Shown here: in pieces, positions 30,394 to 39,896 of the stretch
Numbering within the stretch: position 1 is the stretch's first letter
Layout of the letters: each line of letters begins with the position of its first letter
Assembly (NCBI GenBank): GCA_035622135.1
Contig: DASPVZ010000007.1
Span: forward strand, 13,635 to 77,634
DNA: 64,000 nucleotides
Direction: 5' to 3'
DNA from: Candidatus Cybelea sp.
GTDB taxonomy: Bacteria > Acidobacteriota > Terriglobia > Acidiferrales > UBA7541
The notes under the pieces: generated by a model
Databases searched by the model: none
The model's input: only the letters and a program-made list of their open reading frames with translations
Told to the model about the DNA's origin: nothing
Position numbers and translations under genes: made by a program

Positions 30394-30423
30394 CGCCGAG
30401 CCCCCCCAAGCCAGAGTTGGACC

Positions 30424-31443
30424 TCAGACGTTCAGCGCCAGGCCCTCGACGTCCCAATCGAGCGTGTACAAAGCACTGCTGGTCACGATCAGGGCCCGAC
30501 GAGACGGCAGAAGCGCAAGCCCCACCAGGTTCAGCCCGCCGATCACCAGCTCGGCCTCCGATTTCGGCGTCAGTCGAACGATGCCGCGCCTTCCGGCCAG
30601 CGAGGCGGCCACGTAGAGATTGCCCAAACGGTCGAAGGCGAGCCCCTGCGGGCGCCCCAGGCCGCGGAAGAACGTGGTCACTTCCCCGGCTGGAGAAATC
30701 TTGTAGACGCGGTCGAAACTCGAGGTGGTGGGACCTGTCACGTACAGGTCGCCCGTCGCGCTGAATGCCAGATGATAGGCGGATATGGACGGCTCGAGAG
30801 TCGCGAACACGAAAATCTCGCGGTCAGGCCCAATCTTGAAAATCGTTCCGCTGCGGTCGCCCACGTACAGGCTCCCCGCCTTGTCAAAAACGAGTCCCGT
30901 CGCGATGCCCATTCCTTCAATCCATTGCGACGCGCGTCCATCCGGGGAAACGCGATGGATGGTGCCGTCATTGCGACAGGAAACAAATAGGCCGCCCTGA
31001 CCATCGAGTGCCAGGCCGGTCGGGTTCATCAGCTCGGTGATAAAGGGTTTGATGTTGTGGTTGGCGGTGATTTTATACAGCGAAACGGGGACCTTCTGGC
31101 CGCGCTGACCGCTGAAGGTGACGTAGACGTTTCCCTCCCCGTCCACGACCGGATTGCCGACCGGATGCAGATTGTCAGCCACCTGCACGCCGAGAGCGAT
31201 CGGGAATGGCTGGCTTTCGACGCTGCCCATGCGCACGCGCACTGCGCCGCCCGCGGCTCCATCGGGCACGCGCGCAATCAGGAAGTTCTCCGCGGCAACC
31301 ATGACGCTGCCTTCGGCTGAGCCGAATTGGACCTGCGGGCGCGAATGATTTCGCGGCGCGAAGCCGCTTCCCTGGATTTGAATTTCACCGCCGGGAAGCG
31401 CCGCGGACGGCTTCACGCTCTCGATTCTGGGACTGCTGTTCAT
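30424..31443 (-). CDS. IPT/TIG domain + NHL/SMP-30-like beta-propeller protein, no signal peptide
   Basis: N-terminal PRIESVKPSAALPGGEIQIQGSGF (IPT/TIG-like). Then about six repeats of the NPxGLAxDxxGxLYV type (PTGLALDGQGGLFV, ATGLVFDKAGSLYV, PQGLAFDRLGNLYV). Confidence 0.7.
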   Translation of the reverse strand: MNSSPRIESVKPSAALPGGEIQIQGSGFAPRNHSRPQVQFGSAEGSVMVAAENFLIARVPDGAAGGAVRVRMGSVESQPFPIALGVQVADNLHPVGNPVVDGEGNVYVTFSGQRGQKVPVSLYKITANHNIKPFITELMNPTGLALDGQGGLFVSCRNDGTIHRVSPDGRASQWIEGMGIATGLVFDKAGSLYVGDRSGTIFKIGPDREIFVFATLEPSISAYHLAFSATGDLYVTGPTTSSFDRVYKISPAGEVTTFFRGLGRPQGLAFDRLGNLYVAASLAGRRGIVRLTPKSEAELVIGGLNLVGLALLPSRRALIVTSSALYTLDWDVEGLALNV

Positions 31444-31509
31444 GGGCAGGACACATTCACAGTCGCGAAGTTACAGTTGACATCAAAACCAGAAGTTCCG
31501 CGCCGCCGG

Positions 31510-32181
31510 TCAAAGACCTGCTGCGCGCGCGAGCCACAGGCCGAGGCCAGCATAAATCCCGGCGATCCAATCATCTGTCATAATTCCCCAGCCGCTGCGC
31601 AGGAATTCCGCTTGCCTGGCCGGAAACGGCTTCCAAACGTCGAATACGCGAAAAAGTATAAAACCCAGCAATAAATATTTCCAGTTGACAACCGCGTGGA
31701 TGGTGGCCAGACCGACCGGAAAACGAACCCAGGGCCGCACGGATCGCCCCCAGATCGGTAGGCCCGCGCCAACCAGCAAGGCGACATGCTGGCCCGAGAC
31801 TTCGTCGATTACCACGTGCTGCGGATCCTTCTTGCGTTCGTAGGCCGCGACGCAACTGGCACTCCAGACGCCTATCGCCGCGACCAGGACGGTGATGGCC
31901 GTCTGCACGGCAAAGAACGGGTCGATCAACCAGCCGGAAGGGTAAGAGGCATTGTAGCCACTCTCTGCCGACAGCACGCCCGTTCCTGCCGCAACCAACC
32001 ACCATGGGAGCAAAGCAAGAACGACGCCTCCCAGAGATCCCCAGGTGCCTGGGGCGAGCGGGAGGTACCCGACCCCGAGAACCGTGGCCGTCAAAAATGC
32101 CAGCCTTGGCTTTCGCCGGGGAGTGTCGGCCGGCCAGGCCGCCTCGGGGCCCGCCGCCGGTCGCTCAGCTTTTCGACTCAT
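31510..32181 (-). CDS. pgpA: Phosphatidylglycerophosphatase A
   Basis: LGVGYLPLAPGTWGSL and VIDEVSGQ, W..FRVFD.WKP blocks. Start set to ATG 32181. The longest ORF (to 32271) would run through yacG. Confidence 0.8.
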   Translation of the reverse strand: MSRKAERPAAGPEAAWPADTPRRKPRLAFLTATVLGVGYLPLAPGTWGSLGGVVLALLPWWLVAAGTGVLSAESGYNASYPSGWLIDPFFAVQTAITVLVAAIGVWSASCVAAYERKKDPQHVVIDEVSGQHVALLVGAGLPIWGRSVRPWVRFPVGLATIHAVVNWKYLLLGFILFRVFDVWKPFPARQAEFLRSGWGIMTDDWIAGIYAGLGLWLARAAGL

Positions 32182-32359
32182 CCCGGTCTCGCTCGGACTG
32201 CTCGGGCGGGGATTCTTCAACGACCGGTTGGCTGATCCTGTATTTCCCATTGGCCCAATTGCCGAGGTCAAGCCATCGGCAACGTTCGCTGCAAAAGGGA
32301 AAGTGTCGGTCCTTTCCCAAATCGGTCGGCGTGCTGCAGATGGGACAGCGCCACCTCAT
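32165..32359 (-). CDS. yacG: DNA gyrase inhibitor YacG (zinc finger)
   Basis: MRWRCPICSTPTDLGKDRHFPFCSERCRWLDLGNWANGKYRI matches the YacG pattern CPxC...FCSxRC..xDLGxW. Start at ATG 32359 (longest ORF to 32428). No obvious SD. Confidence 0.7.
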   Translation of the reverse strand: MRWRCPICSTPTDLGKDRHFPFCSERCRWLDLGNWANGKYRISQPVVEESPPEQSERDRDESKS

Positions 32360-32452
32360 GATCAGAGAATACCGCAAAGGCGGAGGCCCGCAAATTCCGA
32401 GTGTCTGTTTCCTCTGCGGCACGGCCACGCGCTCCGCGCGGGAAGGCGGATT

Positions 32453-33916
32453 TCAGGCAAGGATGGGGAGGGGATTGCTCACCGGCGTCCGGCAGGGGCG
32501 GAGAGAGCGGCCGGGCGCTTGCCATTCGATCACGCGGCCGACCAAATCGTACTCCTTGGCCTCGGTGATCTCGACTACGGCAAGCGTGCCCGGCGGCGGC
32601 AGCTCGCTTACCTCATCGACGCCCACGAACTCCGTGAGGTAGACCTTGCCGTCGATTTCAGGAGCCATGCCTTCGAGCCGCGCCTCCCAGACCAGCTCTG
32701 TCTCCTTCGACGGACCTTCCAGTATGGCTTCGAGGCGCTGGCCCACGCGCTTGCGCAGTTTTCGCGCGGAAATCTTCTTCTGCATGGCCATCAGGACGGT
32801 GCGCCGCTGTTCGATGGTTTTCGTCTCGACTTTGCCTTGGTAGGGAAAACTCTCCGCCCGGTCCTCATCCGAGTAGGCGAAAACGCCCATCCAGTCGAAT
32901 TCCGCGGCGCGTACGAAATCGCAGAGGACGCGAAAGTCTTGTTCGGTTTCGCCGGGAAATCCGACGATGAACGAGGTGCGAATCGCGACGCCCGGGATTG
33001 TGCGACGGACCAACTCAAGCATTTTCAGGAAGGCATCCCCGTTCGAGCCGCGTTTCATGCGCGCTAGTACGCTGCGGCTCGCGTGCTGCAGCGGCACGTC
33101 GAGGTATTTGGCCAGGCGCGGATGCTCGGCAATCGTCTCGAGGAGGCGGGAAGTGATGCGGTTCGGATAGCAGTAGAGAAAGCGAATCCACCGCAAGTCC
33201 TCGATTTCCGCAAGCCGCGCGAGCAGGGTGGCCAGTCCGTCGCGCAGGCCAAGGTCTTCGCCGTAAAAAGTCGTATCTTGGCCGATCAGGGAAACCTCGC
33301 GCACGCCCGCCCGAGCGAGATTCTCCGCTTCGCGCACGACCGATTCGAATCTTCGGCTGCGGAATCGGCCGCGAAGCTGAGGAATCACGCAGAACGTGCA
33401 GGGATGATCGCAACCCTCATTGATCTTGATGTAGGCGGTGTGGCGCGGCGTCGCCAGGATGCGCGGCGTGAGATCGTGATAGAGATAGGTCGGAGGGTCG
33501 ACGGGGGAGCTGCCTCCCTCATCGCGCAAGGTCCCTTCACAGGCCTCCACAATCTTCTCGACTTCGTCCGTGCCGATAACCGCGTCGACCTCGGGGATCT
33601 GCTCGCGGATTTCATCGCGGTGCCGTTCGACCATGCAGCCAGCGACGATCAGCCTCCGCGCGCGGCCGAATCTCTTGTATTCGGCCATTTCTAGAATCGA
33701 CTGGACGGATTCCTGCTGCGCCGGGGCGATGAAGCTGCAGGTGTTCACCACAAGCACGTCCGCATCCGCTGCCCGGGGCGTGATCTCGTAGCCCGCCCGC
33801 GCAAGGATCCCCATCATCACCTCGCTATCGACGAGGTTCTTCGGGCACCCTAAACTGACAATTCCGACCTTCGGCATCCCCGGTGCGGTTCCACGCGCAG
33901 TTTGCAAACCATTCAT
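32453..33916 (-). CDS. rimO: Ribosomal protein S12 methylthiotransferase
   Basis: VGIVSLGCPKNLVDSE N-terminal block, radical-SAM CDHPCTFC, and a C-terminal TRAM-like domain. The alternative start ATG 33877 is also plausible. Confidence 0.9.
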   Translation of the reverse strand: MNGLQTARGTAPGMPKVGIVSLGCPKNLVDSEVMMGILARAGYEITPRAADADVLVVNTCSFIAPAQQESVQSILEMAEYKRFGRARRLIVAGCMVERHRDEIREQIPEVDAVIGTDEVEKIVEACEGTLRDEGGSSPVDPPTYLYHDLTPRILATPRHTAYIKINEGCDHPCTFCVIPQLRGRFRSRRFESVVREAENLARAGVREVSLIGQDTTFYGEDLGLRDGLATLLARLAEIEDLRWIRFLYCYPNRITSRLLETIAEHPRLAKYLDVPLQHASRSVLARMKRGSNGDAFLKMLELVRRTIPGVAIRTSFIVGFPGETEQDFRVLCDFVRAAEFDWMGVFAYSDEDRAESFPYQGKVETKTIEQRRTVLMAMQKKISARKLRKRVGQRLEAILEGPSKETELVWEARLEGMAPEIDGKVYLTEFVGVDEVSELPPPGTLAVVEITEAKEYDLVGRVIEWQAPGRSLRPCRTPVSNPLPILA

Positions 33917-33928
33917 TCTAGCATGAGG

Positions 33929-34162
33929 TCATCGAGCAACCATTGGGCCGAGCGGCAGCAGGGGCCTTCGACATTCGAGCATGCGCAAGATCCAGTACGC
34001 GGAAATCGACGCCGCGACATGCTTCAGCGTGTGGCCGCTGACCACGTGGCCGTGCGAGAACAGAGCTCGGTCCGTCGATTCGAGTACTTTAGCCAGGGCG
34101 AGCGACGTGACAGACGCCGCTAGAAGGAGAACGACCAACAGAATCCACAGGCGACGGTTCAT
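33929..34162 (-). CDS. Small two-TM hypothetical protein
   Basis: 77-aa ORF whose ATG overlaps the transglutaminase stop (ATGA). N-terminal TM LWILLVVLLLAASVTSLALA and a second hydrophobic segment after SGHTLKHVAASISAYWIL. Coding status uncertain. Confidence 0.35.
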   Translation of the reverse strand: MNRRLWILLVVLLLAASVTSLALAKVLESTDRALFSHGHVVSGHTLKHVAASISAYWILRMLECRRPLLPLGPMVAR

Positions 34163-36417
34163 CGCCGCGAGGGTCTAGGCGAGCGGAGGATTTCGCGCAG
34201 CGACCGCAGGGCGCCAGAAACCTGCTCGAGACGCTCGGCACGATGGCCGAAGCGCGCCGACTGATAGAGCTCGGTCAACCGGGCCACGGGCCCGGCGATC
34301 TCAGCCTCCGCTATGCTCGCTGCAAATTCGAGCGGCGTTTGCGACTCCGCCTTCCTCCAGCCGCGGCGCTCGAGCAGGCGCAGCATTTCCCGATACTCGA
34401 ACGCGGCCAGGGAAGCGTTCAAATTCCCTTGGTTACCGGCGCGAAGACTCCAGCGCGCAACCACATAGCTGATCATCCACCGGCCGCGAACATAGACGAG
34501 TAGCCCGACGAGAAACACGAGAAGGGAAGGCAGCGAATAGGGGGAGGCTTCGACGCGCCGGTCGAGGGCCAGCAGAAAATGCATGGTCTGCTGTTCCTTC
34601 CGGCGCATATAGACACGCGCGTGTTCGCCCCAATCGCGCGACGTTTTTTGCAGGTTCTGGGCCAGGGTGATCTGGTGCGAGAAATCGTAGTTCACGATCC
34701 ACTCGCTCCAGGCAAACTGAAACCAGTCCCAATACAATCCGAGCCGCGCAAGCAGGCCGTGCGGCCGACGATCCTCTCCGCCCGGGGTGGGATCAAAGGT
34801 GATCCAGCCATAATTCGGGAAGAACGCCTCGACCCATGCATGCGCGTCGCTCTCGCGCACGATGTAATCGCCTCCCACGTCATTGTACTCGCCGTCCAGA
34901 AATCCCGTGACGTAGCGCGCCGGAATGCCCTCGCTGCGCAGCATCACGGTCATCGCCGCAGCGAAGTACTCGCAATTCCCCGCGCGGCGCACAAACAGAA
35001 ACTGCGCGAGCGGGTCATCCGATCTCATTCCGGTGAGGTCGAGGGTATAGCCATAGCGGGTCTTCAAATACCGTTCGATGGCCGCGGCTTTGTCATATGT
35101 GTCCTCGGCATGCGCGGTGATTTCGTCCGCCAATCGTTGGATGCGCGGATCGAGCGGCGGCAGCTGCAAGTAGACGTATCGAATGGCGTCGGAGTATTCG
35201 GGCGGCGATTTGCGGAGTTCCTCCAGGCGCACTGCGGGAAGATCCGACGTTGCCTCGTAGCGGATTTTCGCGAAATTGTGGAAGGGATTAAACACCGATC
35301 CGGCCCCATCCACGAGAAGGTAGCTGCGCTTTGCCGAGAAGCCGCCGCCACTGCCTTCCCCGCCAAACCGCCCGCGCAGCATCTCGGGTTCGGCGGCCAG
35401 GAAGATTGCGTCGCTGGCCATGGGCTCCATCAGAACGGTGTAGCGCAGGGAGTGGAATTCCGCGGGAAGCGGCCGATGATTGAGCACGTAAGCGCCGTCA
35501 GGCTCGGGGGACAAGACGAGTTGCTGGTGCTCCGGTGTGAACCATCGCCGTCCGTCGAAGTTTGTGAGAATGATGCCGCGCCAGTGCATGTCTTCCGCAC
35601 GAGCGGGATCGCCATCCACGCGAATGCGCATCACGACGGACGTGTTCTGCTGCATTCGTCCGATCTCGCCGAGCGAGACGTCGTCGCTGAAGCCGGTGAG
35701 CGGATTGGGATGGAGATTGAACGCACTCAGATAGCCGGTGGTGAAGCGTGGAATCAGGAAGAAAATAAGGCCGCCCAGCAGCAGAGAGCTGAAGGCGACC
35801 AAGATCGACGTCAATCCCAGGGCGCGGTTTAGCCGCTCGGCCAGTGGAGAGCCCGGTTCAACGGGCGGCGAAACGGCTCCGGAGGCACCGCGGCGGATCT
35901 CGAGGGCCACGAACGTCGACACGGCAAGCACCAGAAAGACGGCCAGCACTACGATGAACGCGGTCTCGACCGTCAGAATGGCCGACACGAGCATGGCGGC
36001 AACCGCCAGCACCGCAAGGAAGGCATAATCACGGTCCGTACGCGCCGACAATAGCCGCACTAAGATGGCGAACAGCAGCAGGTGAATCGCGGAAACCAAC
36101 GCAGCGTACAGGGTGGGGTTCGGTGCGCCGGCGGCCAAGGTTTGCGAAAACCACCAGAGGTCGGCGGGAAAAACCAGGAAGTAGGCGAGCACGAGAGAGG
36201 TGGCCACGCGCTGGGAGAGTTCCGGTCCACGCCCACGCCAGAGGCGGATGGCCTTGAACGCTAGGGCCGCGGCGGGAACCACGACGGAAATCGCGTCAAG
36301 CTTTCCGGTGGAGATGACGGCCACAACGCCCGTCGCCACGAGCAAGAAAAGCGACACTTCGAAATACCGCTGGACCGCCGAAACCGGCGGCGTTTTGGCG
36401 CGCGCGGACGGACCCAT
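34159..36417 (-). CDS. Membrane transglutaminase-like protein (TgpA-type: DUF3488-like TM region + transglutaminase core + DUF4129-like tail)
   Basis: About six N-terminal TM helices. Catalytic Cys block GNCEYFAAAMTVMLRSEGIPARYVTGF, with DAHAWVE and FDPT (Cys-His-Asp). A late TM and a C-terminal LEFA..I block. Confidence 0.85.
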   Translation of the reverse strand: MGPSARAKTPPVSAVQRYFEVSLFLLVATGVVAVISTGKLDAISVVVPAAALAFKAIRLWRGRGPELSQRVATSLVLAYFLVFPADLWWFSQTLAAGAPNPTLYAALVSAIHLLLFAILVRLLSARTDRDYAFLAVLAVAAMLVSAILTVETAFIVVLAVFLVLAVSTFVALEIRRGASGAVSPPVEPGSPLAERLNRALGLTSILVAFSSLLLGGLIFFLIPRFTTGYLSAFNLHPNPLTGFSDDVSLGEIGRMQQNTSVVMRIRVDGDPARAEDMHWRGIILTNFDGRRWFTPEHQQLVLSPEPDGAYVLNHRPLPAEFHSLRYTVLMEPMASDAIFLAAEPEMLRGRFGGEGSGGGFSAKRSYLLVDGAGSVFNPFHNFAKIRYEATSDLPAVRLEELRKSPPEYSDAIRYVYLQLPPLDPRIQRLADEITAHAEDTYDKAAAIERYLKTRYGYTLDLTGMRSDDPLAQFLFVRRAGNCEYFAAAMTVMLRSEGIPARYVTGFLDGEYNDVGGDYIVRESDAHAWVEAFFPNYGWITFDPTPGGEDRRPHGLLARLGLYWDWFQFAWSEWIVNYDFSHQITLAQNLQKTSRDWGEHARVYMRRKEQQTMHFLLALDRRVEASPYSLPSLLVFLVGLLVYVRGRWMISYVVARWSLRAGNQGNLNASLAAFEYREMLRLLERRGWRKAESQTPLEFAASIAEAEIAGPVARLTELYQSARFGHRAERLEQVSGALRSLREILRSPRPSRR

Positions 36418-36558
36418 GAGCCCTCAAGTCATGCTAACACTATCGAATGCGCGGCAAGGCCAGAGGTGTCAATCGGCCAACATCTCCCGAAGGTGGCCCA
36501 GCCCCGGCTGGGGCGATTTTGACTCTGGGCATGCCCCAGGGGCAGAATCCCCCACACC

Positions 36559-37230
36559 ATGCCCGGCCCTCCTTCTATGTTCGAGTCGGTCAGACCGGCC
36601 ACTTCTGTTCCATCGCTGCGCAATTACATTCAGCCGAATTTAGGCCACGGACTTCGCATCTGGTGGGCCTTTTACTGGCCGATCGCGCTCATCTCTTTCA
36701 CCCTGGTCCTTGTGGTGAACGCGGCGCTGCTGAGGTACTGGCAGAACTCGGAAGCGTCGACCCTCATCACCCAAGTGATCAGCTGGGCGCTGAAATTGGA
36801 TGGCTACTTTTTCTATTATGCGGTCGCGTTCTTCATCTGGGCGTATATCCTGCGCAAGAACTTCCGCGCGTTTCGGATCGGTCTGCTTGCGAACCCGGGA
36901 GGCGACCACCCTGAACCGCTCCGGCCCACGTTCGGGCGGACCGTTCGTGTGTGGTGGACCTATTCCTGGCGCGCGCTGATTTATAGAATCATTGTCGCGT
37001 TTGCGACCTCCTTCCCGCTGGGATGGATCGTCGGATTCCTCCTCGCTCTGTTTCCGAGCAGGGCATTTTCCGGGCTGCTGAACTTGGCTTTGCAGATGCT
37101 CATCGACGGCCTGGTGGGAATCTTCGTTATTTATTCGAGCATTTTGGATGAAGACATCGGAGATTTCCGCGTGGCCCTGTTGCCACCCATAGCGACCGCC
37201 TCAACGGCCGCCGACCCTGCCAATCCTTAA
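36559..37230 (+). CDS. Hypothetical membrane protein with internal duplication
   Basis: 223-aa ORF with four or more hydrophobic helices. Repeated block GHGLRIWWAFYWPIALISF / GRTVRVWWTYSWRALIYRI. Confidence 0.55.
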   Translation: MPGPPSMFESVRPATSVPSLRNYIQPNLGHGLRIWWAFYWPIALISFTLVLVVNAALLRYWQNSEASTLITQVISWALKLDGYFFYYAVAFFIWAYILRKNFRAFRIGLLANPGGDHPEPLRPTFGRTVRVWWTYSWRALIYRIIVAFATSFPLGWIVGFLLALFPSRAFSGLLNLALQMLIDGLVGIFVIYSSILDEDIGDFRVALLPPIATASTAADPANP

Positions 37231-37242
37231 CCAAATCATCGC

Positions 37243-38352
37243 TCACAAAGAACGCCGGCGGCCAACGGCTCGCCCCGCGGCGGCGATTTTCCGCGTCGCA
37301 CTGGAAACGGGAAGCTCGCTCACCCGCTCGATGGCCAGAATGCGCGTCCGCGGCAGGCGCGGGAGGCGGGGCACCTGCGCCAGAAACGGCAGCAGGGTGA
37401 CGCTTCGGAACGTCACCGCATGGGCCGCGGGACGCAGGGGCACCAGTGCACCATTCGTTGAGTCGATACCCAGCGTCGAGCGAAGGTGTGCAGCGAGCTC
37501 GGCTTCGGCGTCGCGCGAAACTTCTACGGCGGGAAATTGCCACAGGCGCGAGAAGAGCACGCCGTCATGCGCGCCGCTATCGCGTACGAGCAGGGTTCGA
37601 CCGCGGGGATCACGTAGAATCGCCGCCGCGATCCTCATGCGGACGGTCGCCGGTTTCCGGCGCGGCGCCGGAATCGTTTCAACCAAGCCGAGCCCTTTCG
37701 CGCGGCACCACCGTGAAGCAGGGCATTCGAGGCAGCGGGGCGAGCGGGGCGTACAGACCGTCTCGCCAAGCTCCATCAACGCCTGGTTCCAGTCGCCTGC
37801 CGCGCCCTGTGGAAGGAGCTGCTGGGCCGTGTAGCCCAGTCGCTGCCATCGTCCACCGCTGCGCAGATCGCCGCGAATCGCCTTCCATCGAGCGAGCACT
37901 CGCGCGATGTTTCCATCGAGTGCGGCCAATGGTTCACCGTACGCCGTGCTCAGGATCGCAGCCGCCGTGTAGGACCCAATCCCGGGCAGGGCCAGCGCCT
38001 CATCGAGCGCGAACGGAAAGGCTCCGCCATGCCGGGAAACGATTTGCTGTGCGGCGCGGCGGAGATTCCGCGCGCGGCTGTAGTAGCCGAGCCCCGACCA
38101 GAGTTTCAAAACCTCTGCTTCTTGTGCAGCGGCCACAGATTCCGCGTTCGGAAACCGAAGTAGGAAGCGTTCGTAGTACGGCAAGACGGTGGCGATCCGG
38201 GTCTGCTGCAGCATGATTTCCGCAACCCAGATGCGATAGGGATCGCTGCTCGCCCGCCACGGCAGGGGCCGCCCGCGCGTACGAAACCAGCCCAGCAGCG
38301 TTCTGTGCAATTTTGACAGAGAAGGCGAAGCGCCTCGGCCAGAGCGTCCCAT
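37243..38352 (-). CDS. mutY: A/G-specific adenine DNA glycosylase
   Basis: LLGWFRTRGRPLPWR...YRIWVAEIMLQQTRIATV; HhH-GPD region; 4Fe-4S ligands CTPRSPRCLECPASRWC; NUDIX-like C-terminal domain. Start moved to ATG 38352. The longest ORF (to 38664) overlaps the DUF58 gene. Confidence 0.88.
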   Translation of the reverse strand: MGRSGRGASPSLSKLHRTLLGWFRTRGRPLPWRASSDPYRIWVAEIMLQQTRIATVLPYYERFLLRFPNAESVAAAQEAEVLKLWSGLGYYSRARNLRRAAQQIVSRHGGAFPFALDEALALPGIGSYTAAAILSTAYGEPLAALDGNIARVLARWKAIRGDLRSGGRWQRLGYTAQQLLPQGAAGDWNQALMELGETVCTPRSPRCLECPASRWCRAKGLGLVETIPAPRRKPATVRMRIAAAILRDPRGRTLLVRDSGAHDGVLFSRLWQFPAVEVSRDAEAELAAHLRSTLGIDSTNGALVPLRPAAHAVTFRSVTLLPFLAQVPRLPRLPRTRILAIERVSELPVSSATRKIAAAGRAVGRRRSL

Positions 38353-38432
38353 AGGAGCGGCCGTATTCTCGCACGGATGCGCTGATCGGGCGGAGGATTC
38401 ACCCCAGGGCGGGCGAAAGCCGGCCGACCGAG

Positions 38433-39767
38433 CTAGAGGGCGTCGATGAAAACGATATAGGAGGAAGTCCACAAGGCCGTCGGAATCGTGTGTTGTGACC
38501 GTGCGGTTAGGATGATCTTGAAGATTTCGCGCTGGCTCACAAGCTCGTCCAGAAACGCTCCGCCCACCGCTCCCGAGGCAGGCTCGATGCGCGCAAGCTC
38601 GCGCAAGGCGTCGTAGATGATCTCCGAGGCCGGGGCCATAGGGGTGGAAAAGCGGTCTGTACAAAACTGGATCACGGAATTGATTTCGTGGAAGTGCCAG
38701 GCGATGGAGGCGGCAAGCGAGACGGCACGTTCGAACTGCGCCGCGTTTTTCGTCTGGCCGTCTTCGGCCGAAGCACTGCTCCCGCCGGTGAACGGATCGA
38801 ATACGATCATCACGCGGCGCTCGTCTTCACGCGCGAATTCGCGAACCATCAACTCGCTCGTTTTGGCCGTGGTCTTCCAATCGACGAAGCGCACGCTGTC
38901 GGTCGACTGATATGATCGAAGCGAATAGAGCTCGTGTCCGCGGCCGCGAAAGAAGCTGGCCATCTCACCGCTTAAGAGCGGCAGAACCTCGTAGAACTGA
39001 TCGGCCGGTTCGACGCACGGGTAAGCCAGAATCTCCACGCTCGAATCCACGCGCCGCGTTTTCTCAAAAAGGCCGAAGGGGAACCCTGTCCGTATCCCAA
39101 ATGCGTCCTGTCGATACACGCCACGATGCGGAAAACTCAGTTCGACCTTCTGCCGCAGAGAGCTCAATCGGGGGATGTAGGGAAAGAATACGGGCGTAAC
39201 CAGGATCTGTTCCCGATTCTTCTTGTTTTCGCCAATGACCCGAAGGGAAAACGACGGCCAGATCTGCTTGTCGTTGCGCAGCTCGATTTCGGCGATCACC
39301 GGCCGCCCGGCGAAAATGTGCTCGGGCAAATCGAACTTCAGTTCGATCGAGGTCAGCATGGCTCGCGAGAGCACGCCCGAAATCAAAATGCCAGCCAGAG
39401 CGCACGCCAGAATCATGAACAGCAGATTGTTGCCCGTGTTGACCGCGGCAAGAACCAAAATGAGAACGGCAACCAGATAGACCACCCCCTCGCGAGTCAA
39501 ACGGTAATCCACCTGATAAACGATCCAGCGTAGGCTCGTCCGGCGTGCCAGGGCGGGAACAATCGTAATCCCGACCCACCCCGCGAGCCCGAGGGCAATC
39601 ACCGTAGTAATCGCCGCCAGCGCTACGCGGCCCTCTTGGGCCGCCGCGGCGGAAAGCAGAGCCACGGCCAGCGCGAAGGACAACACCAGCATGGCGATTC
39701 CGAAGTTCCGCCAGCCCGGTCGGTCCCTTCCTCGCCACAAGCGCGCGACGATATTCGAAGCAGTCAT
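38433..39767 (-). CDS. DUF58 domain protein with N-terminal TM segments
   Basis: N-terminal TM helices, then the DUF58 signature region LRSYQSTDSVRFVDWKTTAKTSELMVREFARE. Lies directly downstream of a MoxR ATPase. Confidence 0.8.
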   Translation of the reverse strand: MTASNIVARLWRGRDRPGWRNFGIAMLVLSFALAVALLSAAAAQEGRVALAAITTVIALGLAGWVGITIVPALARRTSLRWIVYQVDYRLTREGVVYLVAVLILVLAAVNTGNNLLFMILACALAGILISGVLSRAMLTSIELKFDLPEHIFAGRPVIAEIELRNDKQIWPSFSLRVIGENKKNREQILVTPVFFPYIPRLSSLRQKVELSFPHRGVYRQDAFGIRTGFPFGLFEKTRRVDSSVEILAYPCVEPADQFYEVLPLLSGEMASFFRGRGHELYSLRSYQSTDSVRFVDWKTTAKTSELMVREFAREDERRVMIVFDPFTGGSSASAEDGQTKNAAQFERAVSLAASIAWHFHEINSVIQFCTDRFSTPMAPASEIIYDALRELARIEPASGAVGGAFLDELVSQREIFKIILTARSQHTIPTALWTSSYIVFIDAL

Positions 39768-39896
39768 CTTCGGTTAGTTCCTGCTGGCCCGCCGGTGGGT
39801 TCCCGGCGCCGGCCTGCCCGGAAAGGCCTCGAGCGGCGCTCCGGCGGCTTTGATCGGAGAGGGCGAATTCATGGGAGACGCGGTCCCGAGTCCTAG

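Noticed and set aside
32182-32428. Longest-ORF extensions of pgpA (to 32271) and yacG (to 32428)
   Set aside because: The pgpA extension would run through the well-supported yacG zinc-finger coding region. The yacG extension adds 23 non-conserved residues before the canonical MRWRCPIC start.
38353-38664. 104-aa N-terminal extension of the mutY ORF
   Set aside because: It overlaps the 3' end of the DUF58 gene by 232 nt and has no similarity to MutY N-termini. MGRSGRGASPSLSKLHRTLLGWF places the start at 38352, matching the E. coli spacing.
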